Positions 57,861 to 64,000 of a stretch of 64,000 nucleotides of DNA are shown here, in pieces. Source of the DNA: Anthoceros angustus (lineage: Eukaryota; Plantae; Anthocerotophyta). The position numbers and the translations under genes are program-made. The stretch is taken from assembly GCA_010909165.1 (NCBI GenBank), contig MU008161.1, positions 558,001 to 622,000 of the forward strand, read 5' to 3'. The stretch's first letter is position 1; each line of letters opens with the position of its first letter. The notes beneath the pieces are model-generated. The model worked only from the letters and a program-made list of their open reading frames with translations, searched no databases and had not been told where the DNA came from.

Positions 57861-60800
57861 AGTAGAGTCGTGTTGTAGATCACGCTACATTATGTTGGTC
57901 ATAGCTGCTCACAAACATTGAATCAATGCACTGGGTAGTTCTCAGGTTTTTGATTGGATCTGAAAGAAATTAGATCCAAGTCCAGGTGACACACTTTATG
58001 AGTCCTTAGATGACTAGTGTTGCGGAACTTGCGGGGATTGTCAGAAATATAACAGAATCTTGTCACCATTGCTCGCAGGGTTTCGTGCTATGTCACAACG
58101 CTCGCTCTCGGATAGATTGAAAAACATAGATACATGTAGAGACCAGTGAAGTTGTGCGATTACATGCGATGCAAATGCGTCTGGTACCACACATGGGTGG
58201 TCTACCATCACAGTATAGTTTGAGACTCAACCCTCATGAGTCACATGCGGAATGGCCCCCCCATCAGCAACGTGGATTTCTGGAGGTGTCCGCGCGCTTG
58301 TAAGGTGTTCGTCGTCACAGGGAGTCACATCGGGGTCATCCTCCTCTGGTCCGCCAGAATCGGTGATTACCGCCTGCTCATGCGCGCAGTGCTGAAGACG
58401 CTCACAGTCCCTTGCCGACCTTGCCGGATCATGCACTGCGCTCGCGCAATCGCACGCCCGCGCTTTTGCTCAAGCATCCCTGCGAGCACTAGAGGATCGA
58501 CACGAGGGGCGCGCCATCACACGCCATTGCCGCAACTCGGGCCCCCTCTATCTCCGCCGCTCTGCCGACCACTGCGGCCATTGTGGCTCTTCACACAGCC
58601 ATGGGACTAAAGACAGATCTTCTTGAGAGGGGAAGCCCTGTATGCAGTTAATTTCCAAATGGTCCCCTTTTACTGAGACATGGCGGTGAAGTCAAAAGTT
58701 TTGCCTTCGTGTGCAACAACACTGGGGTGTGTCCTGCGTGCGCACTAGACATGGCAAGTGGTGCACCCATTTTGTGGCCCATGCAACCGGGAGTGCCATC
58801 AACACCACATCGGCCATGAAAATTGGCGTCAAGCCTCAAGTGTGCCTAGACACAATTTAGCCCAAATCAAAACAGGTGGGTCTTCCCTCGACAGCCCCTT
58901 CCTAACAAGGACCTTACAAAGACCCGAACGTCTCTAAAGTGTCTGGGTCTAACTCAAATACCTCACGGCCAGTCTAACTCATTTGGAAGAGTGCAAACTT
59001 GCTAGTGTGCACTTGCGGTCGGGAGTATCAGTCATTCTCAAAGATAGGGGTTATTCTCCATTAAAGGGTTTGGGTCCCTAAAGACCAAAAAATGACCCCA
59101 GCAGGCCAAAATGCATCATCTTTAGCAAAACCACTCTTTAGACATGTAATCGAAAGACATTGACCATGTTATTTTCTCGTGAATACTTACTATGAGGTTA
59201 AGCCAAGAAGGTTCGCGGATTTCACCTTCACAAGGAAGGGATTTCAAGGATTCTAAACACCTCTTTCGCGATAGTACTTCCTAAGGTGAACAAGAGGCAA
59301 ACCAAACAAAATTAGTCCAAGAAGCCAAATCACACGGACGTCGGCGCAACCAACACTTAAAAGTAGCACCGAAAAAAGAAGCAATCACACGGACGTTGAT
59401 GCACTGTGAGTACACAACCACAGGATCTCCATTGTTAGAGTGAAAAACATAGAAGGAATTGGAACAATCGCGGACGTTCGGCACATTGGCGGTCTGCTAA
59501 AACTGCGCCGGACGTCCGGCGCATTTCTGAGACCCCAATCTTGTGGGCGCCAAATGAGATGGAAATGGTGGAGTGGATGCGGACGTCCGCAAATGTATAT
59601 ATATTGTTTGTCTTTGCATCATCAGCTATGGATTGGTGTTGGTAGACTCAATGGCATAAGAACTCCAAGGTTAAGCACCCTTGGTCGGATCACTAGGATG
59701 GGGTGCTTGACTTTGGTGCTTTGAGAATTCCAATGCACTGGGTGATTAGTACTAGGATGGCTTGCTTTTTTGGCGCTTTGAAAACTTTGTAACAACTCCA
59801 CTTTAAGCAACCTAGAGGCGTATCAATACTAGGATGGAGTGTTGATTTTTAGTGGTTTGAAAAATTTGTAAATCATCCCAGATTCTAGGCGTAAAGTCAT
59901 GAATATTATTTTTGAAAATCATTTGTTGGTTGATGTTATATTCCCACATTCGCTTTGTATACAACATGTAAACCTTTTGGCCTTACTCTATGTGCCCTTC
60001 CGATGACTTGCGGTGGATCTCTTTGATTGGTGCGCCAAAATGTCCGCTCATTCGAGTTTGATGCACGATAGATGCATAGGCCTTGGTTTCTAGATGAGCT
60101 ACATTTTCCAAAATTCGACATGTATGATGGTGGTTTCTAATGGCCAACCTTTTGAAGACGATAATGTTTCACAATGTTTTGCGAGAAGCAAGAAAATAAA
60201 TAGAATAGATGATTTGTCCTTGAGTAATGAAAGCCTCGCTGATGCATGAACACAAGCATAAGAGAGCATCCACCGCCACCGCGAGCCCTAGTGAGAGCCC
60301 GAGTATCTCGAAGAAAGAGGGCTGGTCGCCCGAGTGGGGTTTTGACCAAATGGCCGAGTATTTCAGTGAGGCTCAAGGAGGACCTCTATACCCACCGTGA
60401 CGCCCACAGGTGTGGCAATAGGTGTTCGAGACGAACTATAGCCAAGCTTGCGGAGATTTTGAATTTAAGATCGACTTGCTCCATGTGCCACCCATGGATA
60501 GATTAAGGTTGAAAGCGATGCGGACTTGACAAGAAGAAATGTAAGCTCAAGAGTTTGATCAAGAACGGTTGAGGAGGCCTCACCATCCTTTACCTTGTCC
60601 AATTCTGCGGGGCCCATCTGCGGATCTAAGTGCGGCTTATCTCCGACACGGAGGGGCCGGTCGGGTATGCCCGCCGTCGGGATTGCTCAATCACGGGGTT
60701 TGAAAAGAGAATTGATGTGAGTGTTGGTGCGGTGGCAAGTGTGCACAAGCAACTTGAACGAAAGTGCTTGCCTACACAAGTATTGACGCAACCCTCTCCA

Positions 60801-60959
60801 AACCCGGTGTATTGCACCTCTTTGGAGTATAAGTGCCGACGCTCATGACTCACCTCTTGGAGCATAAGTCATGATCATCCGGCCACTTGGTACAAAGGTG
60901 TGTTCGGCATTTGTGCGGACGGTGGGCACATTAGGTCTTCTTTTGGGCTCGGATGCATG

Positions 60960-63900
60960 GGCTGTGGGTTCGCAAATCACTAAAAACATGTGAAATGAGA
61001 CATGTGCATTTCTGGATAGTTGGGGCCAAAATGGGGTTCGGAGACAAACCCCTATGCTGAGAAACACTGTTGTATGCACTCTGATTCATCCAGGTCTAGG
61101 GTGTTAACATGACCGTCTGGCTCAAGCCCCTGGTAATATTGGCCCACTACAATATCATCGCCTAGGAGGAAAGTACGAAGGCTCCAAGGACATGTTCTTG
61201 CCACATCAGTTTTGTGGGAAGCAACGCACCAAGTAGAAAGTTGCACCTTCGCCCGCGCCTCGCCCACAACAAAGTTATCGCCTACCTCCGGGATCGCGCC
61301 ATATCGATGAGGTCCTCAGAGGCTTCCTCATCGCCTTCGTTGCCGGCTGGATCTAGTGTGGCTGTCTCAACTTGGTCATCAACCAACGATGTTCCACATC
61401 GTTGTCGAGTTGCTAGTCTCCGCCGCCAAAGACCGCCGATGCTTTAACGATATATGGCGCGATTCTCAAGAGGCATCGTTACGCCGCATGGTCACTGTCC
61501 ATGCAAGCCCCACAAAAGCAAGCCAAGTGTCTCATTTTCACCCGTGGATTCAAAGCATCTTGAGAATACCCATAAATGGAGTGCATGCTCTTGGAACTGG
61601 GATCGAGGCACACCCCACTTTTGTCTCCTATTGACATCCGTCTTCCCAAGTAATAGTCGCTTGACCGCCTTTCACCATTGGTGTATGAGGATGGACGCTA
61701 GAGATTGAGCTACAGAAATTGACCACATCCAGCCTTGCAATCTCGAGGAAGGAGACAATTCTTCAGCCTCTCAACGCCCGCTTCAAGATGGCACCTGCGC
61801 CGTCATGTTCTCCCTTCCCGTGTCCTGACTCGAAGTAACTCCAAAGCATATTGCACCCGCCAGTTAGGCTAGGGTATCTGGCTACAAAGTAACTAGGCCT
61901 GCAGGCCTTGAACTGGGAAGCAGCCCCATCACTCCACATCCAGTGCTCCCGTGGTCTCCTATACCCGCTGCCCAGCAACCACTCCCAGTGTAGCATGAGA
62001 CAATGCTGGACAAACAGGGTGTCATGTTGCATGTCATCGCTGATGTAAAAATGGTAGAACTTTTCAACGTTGCAAAACGGGTCCTCCTCCATAATTGGAC
62101 CAATTCTCATATCCGAAACATGCACAAGAATTGTAACCTGATCACTGTGCCAATGCATGCTTTGGATCTCGTTCTGCACTTGGAAGGCGTAGTTTTGTGA
62201 GAAATTAATCATTGAGACGATGACATCCTCTGGAAACCATTCTAGACATCTGCGAAACTCATAAGCTTGCCATCGCTGAACAAAATCATGGGTGATGAAA
62301 TGTTTCAACTTGCCTTTTAGGAACTCTACCATTTCAGACGGGTGAGTTTCCTTGTATACAAGCTTGATTCGAGACTTGGAAGTGCCGTCTTCATTCTGCC
62401 CAACGTGGTGGTATTCAAAACAACGCCACTTCAATGTAGCAGACGGCAGCAAGTTTGTTGTGACCTCCTGAGGAGAAAAGCCCTAGCTTCTGAACCCCAC
62501 AAAGATTGCAATTCCCCATTAAACACTTCTGCTTATGGAAGTCCTCGTCATGTGCTTTAGGGCACACACATCGTGGAACCGCTTCACGACCGAGCCAGCA
62601 ACAATCAAGACCGTCCGTAAAGCACCTTCCCTTGGCACAAAGACAAGGACATGAGCATGCAGACCTCAAGTGAACCTTTGATTGGACACCGCGGAGCTGG
62701 TTGAGAGCATCCTTTAGAAATGCCATTTCAACGTGATACCGCAGAACACACGCCCGCTCCTGCAGGGATTTGATGTAGAAGGGTTTCAACCTCTCAAAGG
62801 CACGCTGACCTATCTTGATCTCAGGATATGACTTCGGAATCGGAGGAAGAACTCCGTCTGCATCACAAACAACAAGGGACCACAAGTGTAAGAGACTACA
62901 TCAACGTAGAATACCGCAACCGACACTTCAAGCTGCGGCATGGTCGGGCGAGTGGTGCCGACAACTTCAAATTGTGACAATGAACCCCATCAAGTGATGA
63001 AGTTGTCCTAAAAGTGTAATCTGGCAAAGTGCCGACGACATCTTGAATAGCACAGGTGGCATCGGCACCATGCAGTGTGAGACACTGGCAACTGTTAGTG
63101 TGAGACAGTGTTAGCGTGCACCCGAGTGAATGAGTGAAAGCGCTGCGAGCCACAATGTTGGATAGGACTCCACCAGCGCTAGGACCATCTTCCACATGCA
63201 CCAACCCCACCACAAGCGCCACTGCCCACACAATGTAACCCATGATGTGGTAAACAACGAAGGAAACCCCAACATGCGCTCACCTGTGAGGTATCGAGGA
63301 AGTGCGTGATGTGCGTACGATACACAAACGGGGCCACCCGTTGCCGCCTGGCATCCTTCGAGTTCGAGGAAGGGCGTGAGGAGTTCTCCCAAAACTGGAC
63401 AATTATTTCCTTCACAGTTGTGCTCAAGGAATCTGATCTGACCTTCCGCCCTGCACCACACCATTGGTGGCCCTGTTCTGCGATGTCCAATTGGCAAAGG
63501 GTTTGCACATGCGCGCCACAACTCGTCTATTGACCCCGAACCCCCATGGCACGCCCGCTTCTTGCATGACATCCTTGGACAAAACAATGTTCATGAAAGT
63601 TTGCCGAGCTCTCAACTTGTCCGCAACTTGCACACTTTGTAGACTCCTCAGCGACTGATGTTCTCGAGCTTGATTTGTGGCTTTTCGAGTCCGGCTTTCC
63701 TCCCCTTAGCACCGCGAAATCTCTTGAGAATGCAAGTGTAGAGAACGCCCAAAATCCTCCTCCTCCACGCCCACTAAAGTGACGAGTCCTCCGCAAAAGA
63801 AGGACCCTAACTCCCGAGCAACCGGTAGCCTTCGTCGGAGGGCTCCCTTAAACCGGAGGTGTCGAGCAACTCCTTCGTCGGCCGACACCGCCTTGACCTT
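60960..63900 (-). mobile_element. Sola2-like DDD transposase remnant B (frameshifted)
   Basis: EIIVQFWENSSRPS, IKIGQRAFERLKPFYIK, Cys-rich KCLMGNCNLCG, INFSQNY, QSMHW, WSDGAASQFK and GHGKGEHDGAG. Ends are approximate. Confidence 0.7.
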
Positions 63901-64000
63901 TCGCACGACAAGCGTGATGATGCGCGGCCCGGGTGCCACCCGAACTTCATGTGTCTCTACCGATTTTCTTGAAACTCGGATGCACAATCTCTACGGAAAG

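Overview
Gene-dense nuclear DNA from a land plant with very short introns (mostly 70-130 nt). A non-seed plant such as a hornwort is my guess and is not established. Apparently intact genes, left to right: HDA15-type histone deacetylase (-), an atypical intron-bearing tRNA-like Pol III gene (-), V-ATPase subunit C (+), three tandem SURNod19-family genes (+) with an intronless dirigent-like gene nested among them, an SDR (-), a DUF2358 plastid protein (-), NF-YC (+), thymidylate kinase (+), a HOTHEAD-like GMC oxidoreductase (-), a PQEQ-repeat BTB protein (+), a PPR-SMR protein (-), KRI1 (+) and an ankyrin-BTB protein (-). Debris includes three KRI1 pseudogene pieces, a PLS-E PPR relic, CRE-like, hAT and Sola2-like transposon remnants, a Tc1/mariner MITE and many local tandem duplications. 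Two candidates stand out. (1) All three SURNod19 proteins carry the full HH...H / HxH...M ligand set of PHM/DBH-type copper monooxygenases and sit with a dirigent-like gene and an SDR, which suggests a secretory-pathway oxidative module. (2) A tRNA-Pro-bodied RNA has compensatory stem changes, intact Pol III signals and a rebuilt, hairpin-containing anticodon arm that reads UCA or CAC depending on register. Exon boundaries were read by eye, and family assignments rest on recalled motifs, not database searches.
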